Positions 10,368 through 23,499 of a DNA stretch of 64,000 nt are shown piece after piece. The stretch covers positions 832,001 through 896,000 of the forward strand of contig OZ253555.1 in the NCBI GenBank assembly GCA_965262725.1, in the 5' to 3' direction. Under the pieces are notes generated by a model. It was given only the letters and a program-made list of their open reading frames with translations. It did not search any database and was not told the DNA's origin. Source of the DNA: Dehalococcoidia bacterium. GTDB taxonomy: Bacteria > Chloroflexota > Dehalococcoidia > UBA2979. Made by a program: the position numbers and the translations under genes. Positions within the stretch are counted from its first letter, which is position 1. Every line of letters starts with the position of its first letter.

Positions 10368-10397
10368 TTGACTCGCCGATCCGGCGACTCCTACACT
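10368..10397 (+). promoter_or_regulatory. Sigma70-type promoter TTGACT-N18-TACACT with inverted repeat over the spacer
   Basis: TTGACT at 10368-73 and TACACT at 10392-97; GACTCGCCG-ATC-CGGCGACTC (8/9) spans the spacer. Confidence 0.55.
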
Positions 10398-10492
10398 CGA
10401 AACGGCGATGCGGGAGGCATTCCCAGCCGAGCCCGCTGGGGCCGGTCGGGACGCCGGGTCGGAGTCGGGTCACCGAGCCGAGGGGTCGTGCC

Positions 10493-11035
10493 GTGATCGA
10501 GCTCGTGATCGACAGCATCCGCGTGAGCCTGCGCCATTTCCAGCGCGTCGTGATCCTGCGCGAGAAGGAGGAGGGCCGCTTCCTCCCGATCTGGATCGGC
10601 GCCGACGTGGCGGAGGCGATCGCCCTGAGGCTGCAGGATGTCGCGGTACCTCGCCCTCAGACACACGACCTGCTGCACACGGTGATCAAGGACCTGGGCG
10701 GCAGCGTGCGATCGGTCGTCGTCAACGACCTCTTGAACGACACGTTCTACGCGCGCATTCACGTGGAGCAGGATGGCCGCGTCACGGAGGTCGACTCGCG
10801 TCCCTCGGATGCGATTGCCATAGCGGTGCGTGCCCAGGTCCCGATCTTCGTTGAAGAGTCGGTTCTCGACCGCGCTGGCGTGGTCCTCGACGCGGAGGGG
10901 CAGCCGGTCGAGGGGGAGGCGGGCACCGCGCACCGCGCCCGCGTCACGCAGGAGGAACTGAAGCGCCTCTCGGCGTTCACGGACTTCGTCTCGGAGCTCG
11001 ATCTCGACGACTTCGACGAGCGCGCGTCGAGCTGA
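10493..11035 (+). CDS. Bifunctional nuclease family protein (DUF151)
   Basis: LPIWIG..EA.AI, PRPQTHDL, TFYA and DSRPSDAIAIAVR. Start is GTG 10493. Confidence 0.92.
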   Translation: MIELVIDSIRVSLRHFQRVVILREKEEGRFLPIWIGADVAEAIALRLQDVAVPRPQTHDLLHTVIKDLGGSVRSVVVNDLLNDTFYARIHVEQDGRVTEVDSRPSDAIAIAVRAQVPIFVEESVLDRAGVVLDAEGQPVEGEAGTAHRARVTQEELKRLSAFTDFVSELDLDDFDERASS

Positions 11036-11077
11036 ACGCCGCATCTCGCCGCTGGCCGGGGGCCACGTCCGCCCGGT

Positions 11078-11128
11078 TCGTTACTGGCATCACAAGTTAT
11101 TGATCGGCCGATCAGGTCGTGTTAGAGT
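11078..11128 (+). promoter_or_regulatory. atp operon promoter (TTGATC-N17-TGnTAGAGT) with candidate Rex operator and a perfect 14-bp palindrome
   Basis: TCGTTACTGGCATCACAA (11078-95) matches the Rex consensus at 10/14 positions; TGATCGGCCGATCA (11101-14) is a perfect palindrome. Confidence 0.55.
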
Positions 11129-11155
11129 CCCCGCGGTCCCGGAGGGCGGAATCCT

Positions 11156-11419
11156 GTGTGGGCTTCGCCGGCGCTCGGGCTGGTAGGGATCGGTTTCTAC
11201 CTCGCGACATCGATCGTGGGGTTGACGTTCGTGGGGAGTCTGCTGGACGGGCATTTCGCGACGAGGCCGGTCCTCACGCTTGTCTTTCTGGTGCTGGGGC
11301 TTCTGGTGGGATTCGTGGGGGCATACGGGCAGTTGAAGGACGTGATCGCGCGCGCCTCCCACACGCCACAGAACGGTGGCGACGGCGGTGGCGAGCCGCG
11401 CGGGGGTGACCGCCCATGA
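11156..11419 (+). CDS. AtpZ/AtpI ('ATPase gene1') family membrane protein
   Basis: Two TM helices, G..LD.HF.T.P pattern, first gene of the atp operon. Confidence 0.8.
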   Translation: MWASPALGLVGIGFYLATSIVGLTFVGSLLDGHFATRPVLTLVFLVLGLLVGFVGAYGQLKDVIARASHTPQNGGDGGGEPRGGDRP

Positions 11420-12411
11420 GGGGCGTGCTGATCGCCCTGCTGGCGGTGGCGGTCCTCGCGGTCGGGATGCTCGTCCTCACACCGCCCCCCCCCGCGATCA
11501 TAGTGGCGCCCGAGACGGTCTTCCATCTCGGACCGCTCGACGTCACCAACACGATGTTCACGTCGTGGGTCGTCCTGGCGCTGATGACGATCGTGGCGAT
11601 CGTCGCGGCGCGCGGCTTCTCGGTCGTGCCGTCCGGTTTCAGCGGCGCCGTCGAGGCGGCGGTCGGCGGCTTCTACAACGTCGTCATCGGGGTCGTGGGC
11701 GAGAAGAAGGGCCGCCGCTTCTTTTGGGTGATCAGCACGATCTTCTTCTGGGTGCTGCTCAACAATTACATGGGACTGCTGCCGGGGAACCTCTACGTCG
11801 GCGTCCCCGAGCCGGGCCACGGCGACACGCAGGCCGTCTTCGAGCAGGCCTCGCTCCTCGGCGTCGACGTCGCGTTCATCCCGCTCGGCGCCGAGTCGGT
11901 CGATGTGGGGGCCGGCGAGGAGCCGATCCACGCCGAGGGGAGCGGCGATCCGTTCTCCGGCATCATCGCGCCCCTGCTGCGTTCAGTGATGACCGACGTG
12001 AACGCGCCGCTCGCGATCGCCATCTTCTCCTTCATCTTCGTGGAGTACTGGGGGATCTCGACACTGGGGGTCGGCTACCTCGGGAAGTTCTTCAACGTCC
12101 GGCGCCTGCTGCGCGGCAACCCGATGGGCCTGATCGACGTCTTCGTCGGCATCCTCGAGCTCATATCGGAGTTCATCCGCGTCGTCTCGTTCACCTTCCG
12201 TCTCTTCGGCAACATCTTCGCCGGCGAGGTGCTGATCGTGATGATGAGTTTCCTGGTGCCGCTGTTGCTGGTCACCGTGTTCTATGGCCTGGAGCTCTTC
12301 GTGGGGCTGATCCAGGCCTTCGTGTTCGCGATGCTCACGCTGGTGTTTGCTCAGATGGCGGTCGCACACCACGGCGACGGCGATGAGGGGCACGAGGCGG
12401 CCGGCCACTAG
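11416..12411 (+). CDS. atpB: F0 ATP synthase subunit a
   Basis: SFTFRLFGNIFAGE (essential Arg) and LELFVGLIQAFVF. Confidence 0.96.
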   Translation: MRGVLIALLAVAVLAVGMLVLTPPPPAIIVAPETVFHLGPLDVTNTMFTSWVVLALMTIVAIVAARGFSVVPSGFSGAVEAAVGGFYNVVIGVVGEKKGRRFFWVISTIFFWVLLNNYMGLLPGNLYVGVPEPGHGDTQAVFEQASLLGVDVAFIPLGAESVDVGAGEEPIHAEGSGDPFSGIIAPLLRSVMTDVNAPLAIAIFSFIFVEYWGISTLGVGYLGKFFNVRRLLRGNPMGLIDVFVGILELISEFIRVVSFTFRLFGNIFAGEVLIVMMSFLVPLLLVTVFYGLELFVGLIQAFVFAMLTLVFAQMAVAHHGDGDEGHEAAGH

Positions 12412-12466
12412 AGCGGCCGCGGCCCGGCGGGGGATGATGTCGGAGGTCGGCGGGGGAAGGCTGTAG

Positions 12467-12853
<387 letters not shown>

Positions 12854-12918
12854 AGGCGGTCCCGCCGTCAGCCGGCCGCCGTCGGGCGGCCGGCCCGGGG
12901 GGTGCGAGAGGGGCGCAG

Positions 12919-13536
12919 GTGCCACGCTTCATACGTGTGCTCGGGCTGTCGGCGCTGCTCGCGACGTTCGCATGGACTCTGCAGTCCGGAACCGGTGTCG
13001 CGTACGCTGCCGAGGAAGGCGGGGGCGGCATCGCCGCGCTCGGATTCAACCTGCCCGGGCTGATCGCGCAACTCATCAACTTCGGTCTGCTGCTGCTCAT
13101 CCTCAGGCTCTTCCTCTACCGGCCCCTGATGCGGGTGCTGGACGAGCGCAAGCGACGGATCCAGGAAGGCCTGGACCGCGCCGAGCAGGCGGCTGAGCAG
13201 GCGCAGGCCTCCGAGGGCGAGGCACGTCGCCTGACCGAGGAGGCGCGCGAGGAGGCACGCGAGATCGTGGCCCGCTCGCAGGAGACGGCGCAGCGCCTGC
13301 GCGAGGAGCTCGAGCAGCGTGCGCGTGCCGAGTCCGAGCAGATCGTGTCGAGTGCCCGTCAGGAGATCGAGCGGGAGCGGGATCAGGTGATCGAGTCGCT
13401 GCGCGGCGAGTTCGCCGACCTGACGATCCAGGCCGCGGAGCGTGTGATCGGCCAGGCGCTCGATCGGGACGCGCACCAGCGCCTGATCGACGAGGTCATC
13501 GTCTCGAGCGAGTTCGGACGGGGTCCCGACAATTAG
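12919..13536 (+). CDS. atpF: F0 ATP synthase subunit b with signal-peptide-like N-terminal extension
   Basis: QLINFGLLLLIL..F.YRP...LDERKRRI followed by a coiled coil. Confidence 0.93.
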   Translation: MPRFIRVLGLSALLATFAWTLQSGTGVAYAAEEGGGGIAALGFNLPGLIAQLINFGLLLLILRLFLYRPLMRVLDERKRRIQEGLDRAEQAAEQAQASEGEARRLTEEAREEAREIVARSQETAQRLREELEQRARAESEQIVSSARQEIERERDQVIESLRGEFADLTIQAAERVIGQALDRDAHQRLIDEVIVSSEFGRGPDN

Positions 13537-13578
13537 CACTATCGCGACCGGCGGTGTCCGCAGGGGGGCGGTGACACC

Positions 13579-14124
13579 GTGGCGGTGACGCGTGACGTCG
13601 CCGGACGGCGCTACGCCGCTGCGGTCGCCGATCTCGCGCGCGAGCACGGCGACTGGGAGACGTGGGCTGGCGCGCTGGAGACGTTGGCGCTCCTCACGCA
13701 GGATCCCGGATCCGTCGCTGCGCTCGCCGCCGAGGATGTCGGTGACGACCGCTTCCTTCAGATCATGTGGGAGGCGGTCCCTGAGGCCGGGCCGCTTCAG
13801 GTCAACCTCTTCCGCCTCCTGAGACAGAAGCGGCGCCTCGCGCTGGGCCCCTCGATCGCGTCGTACTTCTCTGAGATCTGGGACTCGGAGCGCGACGTCG
13901 TACGCGCCGAGCTGCGGACGGCCGTGGCGGTTCCTGAGGAGCGACGGGAGAGGATCGCCGCCGACCTGGCGGAGCGTCGTGGCGGGGGCACGGTGGTGCT
14001 GGCCGCGACGGTGGACCCGGAGCTCTTGGGCGGCGCCGTCGTTCGCGTCGGCGACCAGCTGATCGACGGTTCAACCCGCACACGGTTGCGCGCCCTTCGC
14101 GCGCGGCTCGTGGCGGGCGGGTAG
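13579..14124 (+). CDS. atpH: F1 ATP synthase subunit delta
   Basis: RRYAAA N-terminus; [21 protein letters not shown]. Confidence 0.93.
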   Translation: MAVTRDVAGRRYAAAVADLAREHGDWETWAGALETLALLTQDPGSVAALAAEDVGDDRFLQIMWEAVPEAGPLQVNLFRLLRQKRRLALGPSIASYFSEIWDSERDVVRAELRTAVAVPEERRERIAADLAERRGGGTVVLAATVDPELLGGAVVRVGDQLIDGSTRTRLRALRARLVAGG

Positions 14125-14191
14125 GAGCGATGACGGCGGCGCGCGCCGGGGAGCGGCGCACCGGGTACCTCAAGCGTGGGTGGAGGAACTG

Positions 14192-15703
14192 ATGGCGACA
14201 CGTGCGGACGAGATCGCGGCGATCCTCAGGCGCCAGATCGAGGGCTTCGATCAGGGGGTGACGGAGACCAACGTCGGCACCGTGATCGAGGCCTCGGACG
14301 GCATTGCGCGCATCCACGGGCTGCAGCGCTGTGTCTCATCGGAGCTGATCGAATTCGCGAGCGGCGTGCGCGGCCTCGCGCTCAACCTCGAGGAAGAGAC
14401 GGTCGGTGCGATCGTCCTCGGCGACCACACCGAGATCGCCGAGGGCGACGAGGTGCGGACGACCGGTCAGGTCGCCTCCGTCCCGGTCGGTGATGCCCTC
14501 CTTGGCCGCGTGGTCAACGCGCTCGGCGATCCCATCGACGAGCGCGGCCCGGTGGCGACGAGCGACAGGCAACCCGTCGAGCGCATCGCCCCCAACGTGG
14601 TCTCACGCAAGAGCGTCAACGTGCCGCTGCAGACGGGCGTGAAGGCGATCGACGCGATGATCCCGATCGGTCGTGGCCAGCGTGAACTGATCATTGGCGA
14701 TCGCTCCACGGGGAAGAGCGCGATTGCCATCGACGCCATCATCAACCAGCGCGGCACGGGCGTGATCTGCGTCTACGTCGCCATCGGCCAGAAGGACTCG
14801 AAGGTGGCGCAGACCGTCGCCACCCTTGAGGAACACGGCGCGATGGAGCACACCATCGTCGTCGTGTCGTCCGCGTCGGAGTCGGCGGCGCTCCAGTATC
14901 TCGCGCCGTATGCCGGCTGCGCGATGGCCGAGAACTTCATGGAGCAGGGCCGGGACGTGCTGATCGTCTACGATGACCTCTCCAAGCACGCCTGGGCCTA
15001 CCGGCAGGTCTCGTTGCTCCTGCGCCGCCCTCCCGGCCGCGAGGCCTACCCCGGCGATGTCTTCTACCTCCACTCGCGGCTGCTCGAGCGCGCGGCGCGG
15101 ATGGACGAGGAGCACGGTGGCGGCTCGGTGACCGCGCTCCCGATCATCGAGACGCAGGCCGGCGACGTCTCCGCCTATATCCCGACCAACGTGATCTCGA
15201 TCACCGACGGGCAGATCATCCTCGAGCTGGACCTCTTCAACGCCGGGCAGAGGCCGGCGACCAATCCCGGTATCTCGGTGTCACGTGTGGGGGGCTCCGC
15301 GCAGACGCGCGCGATGAAGTCGGTGGCCGGCACCCTGCGCCTCGATCTCTCGCAGTACCGGGAGCTTCAGGCGTTCGCTCAGTTCGGCACGGAGGATCTG
15401 GACGCCGCGACCAGGCGCCAGCTGGAGCGCGGTGCCCGGCTCACGGAGCTCCTCAAGCAGCCGCAGTACGCGCCGCAGTCCCTCGCACAGCAGGTGACGA
15501 TCCTTTTCGCGGGGACGCGCGGCCTGCTCGACGACGTCCCGGTGGAGAAGATCGGCGACTTCGAGCGCGTCTTCCACGAGCACATGGCGGCGAGTCATCA
15601 GCCGATCATCGAGACGATCAACGAGACGGGCGAGATCTCCGACGAGGTCGGGGCCGAGCTGACCGAGGCGATCCGGAACTTCAAGACGACGGTCGCCTAC
15701 TAG
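14192..15703 (+). CDS. atpA: F1 ATP synthase subunit alpha
   Basis: GDRSTGKS and [24 protein letters not shown]. Confidence 0.98.
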   Translation: MATRADEIAAILRRQIEGFDQGVTETNVGTVIEASDGIARIHGLQRCVSSELIEFASGVRGLALNLEEETVGAIVLGDHTEIAEGDEVRTTGQVASVPVGDALLGRVVNALGDPIDERGPVATSDRQPVERIAPNVVSRKSVNVPLQTGVKAIDAMIPIGRGQRELIIGDRSTGKSAIAIDAIINQRGTGVICVYVAIGQKDSKVAQTVATLEEHGAMEHTIVVVSSASESAALQYLAPYAGCAMAENFMEQGRDVLIVYDDLSKHAWAYRQVSLLLRRPPGREAYPGDVFYLHSRLLERAARMDEEHGGGSVTALPIIETQAGDVSAYIPTNVISITDGQIILELDLFNAGQRPATNPGISVSRVGGSAQTRAMKSVAGTLRLDLSQYRELQAFAQFGTEDLDAATRRQLERGARLTELLKQPQYAPQSLAQQVTILFAGTRGLLDDVPVEKIGDFERVFHEHMAASHQPIIETINETGEISDEVGAELTEAIRNFKTTVAY

Positions 15704-15758
15704 CCGGTCGGGCCGGGTGACCGGCGCGGTCAGGCAGCGGGAGAGGATGTAGCCGAAG

Positions 15759-18091
<2,333 letters not shown>

Positions 18092-18121
18092 CCTCCGCCG
18101 CGCGGGACGAGGGGAGAGCGC

Positions 18122-18538
18122 GTGCCGCTCAGCCTGAACGTTGTCACCCCGGAGCGAACGCTGCTCGCGCGTGAGGACGTGGCGCGGATCACCGCGCCCG
18201 CCACCGAGGGCCAGATCACGATCCTGCCCCGGCATGCAGCGCTGATGACGAGCCTCGGCATCGGTGAACTGACAGTCGTGACGTCCGAGGGCCCGATGGA
18301 CATGGCGGTATACGGCGGCTTCCTGCAGGTCTCCGACAACCACGTGAGCCTGCTCGCCGATACCGCGGAGCGCGCCGACGAGATCGACGAGGAGCGGGCC
18401 GAGGCCGCTCGCCGACGGGCCGCGGAACGCATGGCCGGCCCCCGCGATGCCGCCGAAGCGGTCGATCTCCTCAGGGCGCAGGCCGCGCTCAGGCGGGCGC
18501 TGCTGCGCCTCCGTGTACGCCGACACCGCTCCGGGTAG
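18122..18538 (+). CDS. atpC: F1 ATP synthase subunit epsilon
   Basis: VVTPER, ILPRHA, GGFLQV and C-terminal helices. Confidence 0.95.
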   Translation: MPLSLNVVTPERTLLAREDVARITAPATEGQITILPRHAALMTSLGIGELTVVTSEGPMDMAVYGGFLQVSDNHVSLLADTAERADEIDEERAEAARRRAAERMAGPRDAAEAVDLLRAQAALRRALLRLRVRRHRSG

Positions 18539-18664
18539 GGCCTCCCCCGCCGAGCGCTAACCGCTGCCGCGGCTGACGGAGCAGCCGGCGGCGCGCCGGC
18601 GCGCCGCTCCCCGATGACCGCCGACGGCGCTACCCGATTGCGCCAAAGTCCGTATCCTCGGGGT

Positions 18665-19987
18665 GTGAACACAAGCGAGACCCCGTTGTCGGCCCCCGCA
18701 GCGGACGCCGCGCCCTCCGGGGGTGATCGGCTGCTGCTTCGTGGCGGCCGCCCGCTCCGGGGCCGCGTCGCCTGCGCAGGGTCGAAGAACGCGTCTCTCT
18801 ACGCGCTCGCTGCCGCCCTCCTCTCACCGGAGCCGGTCACCGTCCGCAACCTCCCGGTCATTGCCGACATCGGCCAGATGCTGGGACTGCTCGCCGATCT
18901 CGGGGCGCGCGTCGAGCAGGTGGGCGACGCAGCTCACATCGACGCCTCCGGCCTGAGCGAGACGCTCGCTCCGACAGCGCGGGCGACGGCGCTCCGGGCC
19001 TCCTTCCTTGTGATGGGACCGTTGCTCGCCCGCCTCGGAGAGGCCGCGTGCGCACCGCCGGGCGGCGACGTCATCGGCGTGCGCCCGCTCGACGTGCACC
19101 TCGCCGGCTTCCGCGCACTCGGCGCCACGGTCGCCCGCGAGGGGGGGACGTGGGTCGCGCGGGCGGAGGCCGGCGGCCTGCGGGGAACGCGGGTCTTCCT
19201 CGACTACCCGAGCGTTCTCGGGACGGTCAACGTGCTGTTCGCGGCGACGCGGGCCCGCGGCAGGACGGTCATCGTCAACGCCGCCGCAGAGCCGGAGGTG
19301 GCGATGGTCGCGGAGATGCTGCGCAGCATGGGCGCACGCATCAGCGGCCACGGCTCGCAGATCGTCGAGATCGAGGGTGTGGAGCGCCTCCACGGCACCG
19401 ATTTCACCATCATCCCCGACCGTATAGAGGCGGGCACGTTCCTGCTCGCCGCGGCCGCGACGGGTGGGGCGGTGGAGGTCGACGGCGTGTTCCCCCCGCA
19501 CATGGATGGCGTGCTCACCAAGCTCGCGGAGGCCGGCGCACGACTCGCCGTCACGGCACGCTCCGTCGCCATCGACTGCGCGCAGGGACTGGATGCCGTG
19601 CAACTGCAGGCGGTCCCCTACCCGGGCTTTCCGACGGATCTCCATGCGCCGATCGCGGCAGCGCTGACCCAGGCGGACGGTGTCTCGATCATCCACGAGC
19701 GGGTCTTCGACAACCGGCTGCTCTACGTGGGCGAGCTGCGGGCGATGGGTGCGCGGCTGACGACCGGCGGGCAGAGTGTGATCATCGAGGGGCCGACGCG
19801 CCTCATCGGTACGCCCGTTCGGGCGCTCGACGTGCGGGCCGGAGCCGCGGTCGTGATTGCGGCGCTCGCGGCGGATGGGGAAACCGAGGTGCGTGGCCTC
19901 GAGCATATCGACCGCGGCTACCAGCACCTGGTCGCCCGCCTCGGCGCGCTCGGCGCCGATGTGGAGCGGGTGGGAGCAGCGGCGTAG
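18665..19987 (+). CDS. murA: UDP-N-acetylglucosamine 1-carboxyvinyltransferase (Asp at the Cys115 position)
   Basis: GSKNA, LRAS, PGGDVIGVRP, PDRIEAGT and PGFPTD. Probable leaderless GTG start. Confidence 0.93.
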   Translation: MNTSETPLSAPAADAAPSGGDRLLLRGGRPLRGRVACAGSKNASLYALAAALLSPEPVTVRNLPVIADIGQMLGLLADLGARVEQVGDAAHIDASGLSETLAPTARATALRASFLVMGPLLARLGEAACAPPGGDVIGVRPLDVHLAGFRALGATVAREGGTWVARAEAGGLRGTRVFLDYPSVLGTVNVLFAATRARGRTVIVNAAAEPEVAMVAEMLRSMGARISGHGSQIVEIEGVERLHGTDFTIIPDRIEAGTFLLAAAATGGAVEVDGVFPPHMDGVLTKLAEAGARLAVTARSVAIDCAQGLDAVQLQAVPYPGFPTDLHAPIAAALTQADGVSIIHERVFDNRLLYVGELRAMGARLTTGGQSVIIEGPTRLIGTPVRALDVRAGAAVVIAALAADGETEVRGLEHIDRGYQHLVARLGALGADVERVGAAA

Positions 19988-20078
19988 CGGCGTACTGGCG
20001 CCGCTCGGTGTGCGGTGAGAGGGTAGTGGGCGCGGCGTAGCGGCGTCGCCCATCTCGGTCTCGGATCCCGGGGGTTGC

Positions 20079-21113
20079 GTGCTCGGAAAGCGCATCGGCA
20101 TCGATCTCGGAACGGCGAACGTGGTCGTCGTGGAGCACGGCCGCGGCGTCGTGCTCGACGAGCCCGCGGTGGTGGCGCTGACGGAGCGCGACAATGTCGT
20201 CGTCGCGGTCGGCGACGAAGCGCGCGCGATGATCGGGCGGCACCCGGGATCGATCCAGGTGATCCGCCCGATGCGCGAGGGCGTGATCGCCGACTACCTG
20301 ATTACCGAGGCGATGCTGCGGTACTTCATCGGCCGCGTCACCGGGCGCGTCTCCCTCGTCAAGCCGGAGGTGATGATCTGCGTCCCGGTCGGGGTGACCG
20401 GAGTCGAGCAGCGCGCCGTGCGCGACGCGGCGGAGGCGGCGGGCGCGCGCCGGCCGGCGCACCTCATCCCCGAGCCGCTCGCGGCGGCGATCGGTGCGGA
20501 GATCCCGATCGGCTCCGCGCGCGGCCACATGGTCGTTGATGTCGGCGGGGGGCGAACGGAGGCGGCGGTCGTCTCGATGTTCGGGATCGTCGCCAGCGAG
20601 TCGATCCGCGTCGGCGGCGATCGGCTCGACGAGGCGATCTCGCAGTACGTGAAGCGCCGCAACAACCTGCTGATCGGCGAGCGGACCGCCGAGGAGGTGA
20701 AGATCGCCATCGGATCGGCGCTGGTGACCGAGCCGGACCGCACGATCGGGGTGCGCGGTCGCGATCAGATCACGGGTCTCCCACGCACCATCGAACTGCG
20801 CTCATCGGACGTCACGGCGGCGTTGCAGGAGGCGCTGGCGGCCGTCGTGCAGACGGTGCGGGTCGTGCTTGAGCGCACGCCGCCCGACCTGGCATCGGAT
20901 GTGATCGATCGGGGCATCGTGCTCACGGGTGGCGGCGCCCTGCTACCGCACCTCGACGACCTTCTGCTCTACGAGACCGGCGTTCCCGTCCACATCGCCG
21001 ACGATCCGCTCGAGTGCGTCGCCAAGGGTGCAGGCGCCGCGCTCGACTACATGGAGGTGGTGGCGCGCGCTCTGCCGACGCCGGAGGAGTCCCTGCTCGC
21101 CGAGCACGTGTAG
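20079..21113 (+). CDS. mreB: Rod shape-determining protein MreB/Mbl
   Basis: [26 protein letters not shown] and LTGGGAL. Confidence 0.95.
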   Translation: MLGKRIGIDLGTANVVVVEHGRGVVLDEPAVVALTERDNVVVAVGDEARAMIGRHPGSIQVIRPMREGVIADYLITEAMLRYFIGRVTGRVSLVKPEVMICVPVGVTGVEQRAVRDAAEAAGARRPAHLIPEPLAAAIGAEIPIGSARGHMVVDVGGGRTEAAVVSMFGIVASESIRVGGDRLDEAISQYVKRRNNLLIGERTAEEVKIAIGSALVTEPDRTIGVRGRDQITGLPRTIELRSSDVTAALQEALAAVVQTVRVVLERTPPDLASDVIDRGIVLTGGGALLPHLDDLLLYETGVPVHIADDPLECVAKGAGAALDYMEVVARALPTPEESLLAEHV

Positions 21114-21142
21114 GAACGAGCCCGCGCGCGGTCTCGTCGCCG

Positions 21143-21796
21143 CTACAGGACCGCCTCGGGTGCGGGTTCCGGCTCCTCACTCTTGAGGTAGTAGGTCATG
21201 CTCTGGAGCGCGGCGGCGGGGTCGATTTGACGCACCCGCACGTGCCCGGGCGCTTGCACCGAGCGCGGCGCGTAGTTCAGGATCGCGTGCACGCCGGCAC
21301 CGACCAACTGGTCGATCACCCCCTGCGCGTGCTCGGCGGGGACGGCGACGATGCCGATCTCCACGGGGCGCTCCCGGAGTCGCTGCTCCATCGTGTCGAC
21401 ATGCTCGACGACCTGCCCGGCGACGGTGGTGCCGACGACCGCGGGCGAGGCATCGAAGATCGCGGCGAGATCGAAGCCCTGCGGACCGAAGCCTCGGTAC
21501 GATGCGATCGCCCGCCCGAGCTGGCCGGCGCCGACGAGCGCCATGCTCCAGCGTCGCTCCAGGCCGAGGATCTGCCGCAGTTCGCCGATCAGCCGCTGGA
21601 TGGCATAGCCGCGCCCCTGCTTGCCGAAGCGGCCGAAGTAGGAGAGATCCTTGCGAATCTGTGCAGGCGTCACCCCGAGTTCCGCGCCGAGGTCCTGCGA
21701 GGAGATCACGGAATGCCCGTCGCTCTGGAGCCGGTTGAGCACGCGCAGATAGACGGGAAGCCGCTCGATCACCACCTCGGGGATATCAAGCGGGAT
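21143..21796 (-). CDS. rex: Redox-sensing transcriptional repressor Rex
   Basis: IPEVVIERLPVY, QIRKDLSYFGRFGKQGRGY and Rossmann GAGQLG. Start uncertain (ATC 21796, CTG 21799 or GTG 21829). Confidence 0.95.
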   Translation of the reverse strand: MPLDIPEVVIERLPVYLRVLNRLQSDGHSVISSQDLGAELGVTPAQIRKDLSYFGRFGKQGRGYAIQRLIGELRQILGLERRWSMALVGAGQLGRAIASYRGFGPQGFDLAAIFDASPAVVGTTVAGQVVEHVDTMEQRLRERPVEIGIVAVPAEHAQGVIDQLVGAGVHAILNYAPRSVQAPGHVRVRQIDPAAALQSMTYYLKSEEPEPAPEAVL

Positions 21797-21872
21797 CAGT
21801 GCCTCCTCGGTCGCTCGCCACGCCGGCACCGCAGGGGAACATAGTAGGGACCGAGACGGCTCACGCAAGCGT

Positions 21873-22328
21873 CTATGGTTGCGCCCCCGTCGTCGGCTTC
21901 GGCCCGTTCTCGCGCTCTCCGCGGGCTTCCCGTGAGTCGCCCCGTGGGCGCAGCACGGCCCGGAGCACGGGGCCGGCGAGCAGGAACCCGAGCACCCCTC
22001 CCACCATGTTCGTGACCCAGTCGCCGAGCTGCGGCTCCCGACCCGGGATCTGCTCCTGCAGGAGCTCCGTCGACCCGGCGAACAGCCAGATGGCGAGCAG
22101 CACCATCGCCAGCACGCGGCGGGGTGAGTGCCGCGCGGCGTCGCTCGTGGCGTAGGCGAGTGCGAGAGAGGCGCCGAACCCGGCGAAGACGATCGCGTGC
22201 CACGCCGTGTCGGGGATGGACGACGGCAGGGCGACCCAGTCTCCGGGCGCCAACGTGATGGCGAGCGCGATCGCGCCGCCTACGACGACCGCGACCCGCG
22301 AGATCGCGCGCAGACGACGTGGGCCCAC
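21873..22328 (-). CDS. VanZ-like membrane protein
   Basis: WHAIVF...ELLQ..IPGR...GDW..N..G pattern; GGAGG RBS before GTG 22328. Confidence 0.7.
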   Translation of the reverse strand: MGPRRLRAISRVAVVVGGAIALAITLAPGDWVALPSSIPDTAWHAIVFAGFGASLALAYATSDAARHSPRRVLAMVLLAIWLFAGSTELLQEQIPGREPQLGDWVTNMVGGVLGFLLAGPVLRAVLRPRGDSREARGERENGPKPTTGAQP

Positions 22329-22559
22329 GAGTGCCTCCGCTCGGGCTCGGACGACTGACGGGACAGCGCGCGCCCGCCCCCTCGTACACCGCGCCGCGTG
22401 TGGCGGCAAGAGCGGCGAAGGCGGGCGGCAAGCGGCGGGGGTCATGGAGAGGGTACGGTGGCTTCCGCGTCATCCGGCGCCAGGACCGCCGCGCCCGGGC
22501 GCACAACGCACGGCGGTGTCGGCGGCTCCGGCAGCACCGGACGCGCGTATGCTGCCCTC

Positions 22560-23402
22560 GTGGGAGAAGGCGCGGTCCGGCACCCTGTTTCCCCGCTCGC
22601 CGGGCAGATGGCGCGGGCGCTCGGCTCGCCGTTCCTCCCCGGCGTGCTGGAGGAGCTCGGGGGAGCCGGCGACTACCTCGCGTGCGTCTGGCCGCAACTC
22701 GAGCCCAGCGTGGCGACGCAGGGCTTCCTGAACAGCGCTCTCTACATGGCGGACATGGCGAGCGACGGGATCGAGGAGAGCTACGAGCCCGAGCTCTCGC
22801 GCGAGGCGCTCCTTGCCGGCGGCATCACGTCCGCGGAGCTGGAGCGCCTGCTCGCGGTGCTCGACGTGTTCCAGTGGCTCCAGCCGCAGTTGCTGCTGCT
22901 TCTCAGCGCGCTGGCGGAGGCCTGGGATGAGCCGGTCGTCGGGGGCCGGGGCCGCACCGAACCGCGTGAGTTCGGCGAGCGGGCACGTGCCCACCTCGCG
23001 ACCGAGATCCTCCTCGCCCCGCCCGTGGAGCCGCCCCTGGCGGATGTCGCCCGGGCGATCGGGCTTCAGGCTCCCCCCGAGCTCTACCGCGCCGTCGCGC
23101 GCTGGCCGCGCTACGTCGCGCCCGCCTGGGAAGAGCTCGAGCATCTCGCGGCGTACCCACCGATCCGCCGTCGGGGGCGCGCCCTCTACTTCTACGCCCG
23201 CTCCTCCACGCGCTTTCTTGCACACCCGTTACGGGCGAGCAGGGCGGAGCTGCGTGCCCGGGGCGTGTCGTCCGCCTCGCTCGATCAGGCGCGCACGCTG
23301 ATCGACGCGTCGCTGCCGGCGCTCTCGACGATGATGATGCACCTGGCTGCGATGCGGTGGGGACTCGGCGTGCGCGATCGCGAGGTGGTGAAGCGGGCAT
23401 AG
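22560..23402 (+). CDS. DehI-like (group I haloacid dehalogenase fold) protein, degenerate
   Basis: Two internal repeats, 'ARALGSPF...YLACVWPQL' and 'ARAIGL...YRAVARWPRYV..AWEEL'. TATGCT lies 6 nt before GTG. Confidence 0.55.
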   Translation: MGEGAVRHPVSPLAGQMARALGSPFLPGVLEELGGAGDYLACVWPQLEPSVATQGFLNSALYMADMASDGIEESYEPELSREALLAGGITSAELERLLAVLDVFQWLQPQLLLLLSALAEAWDEPVVGGRGRTEPREFGERARAHLATEILLAPPVEPPLADVARAIGLQAPPELYRAVARWPRYVAPAWEELEHLAAYPPIRRRGRALYFYARSSTRFLAHPLRASRAELRARGVSSASLDQARTLIDASLPALSTMMMHLAAMRWGLGVRDREVVKRA

Positions 23403-23499
23403 TCCCCGTCCGCGCTGTCCACGACGTGTGGCTCCTCCCATCTACACTGGACGCAGTATCGGGTGGCAGGCGCCGGTCGCGGCATCTGGTGGGGGCGCA

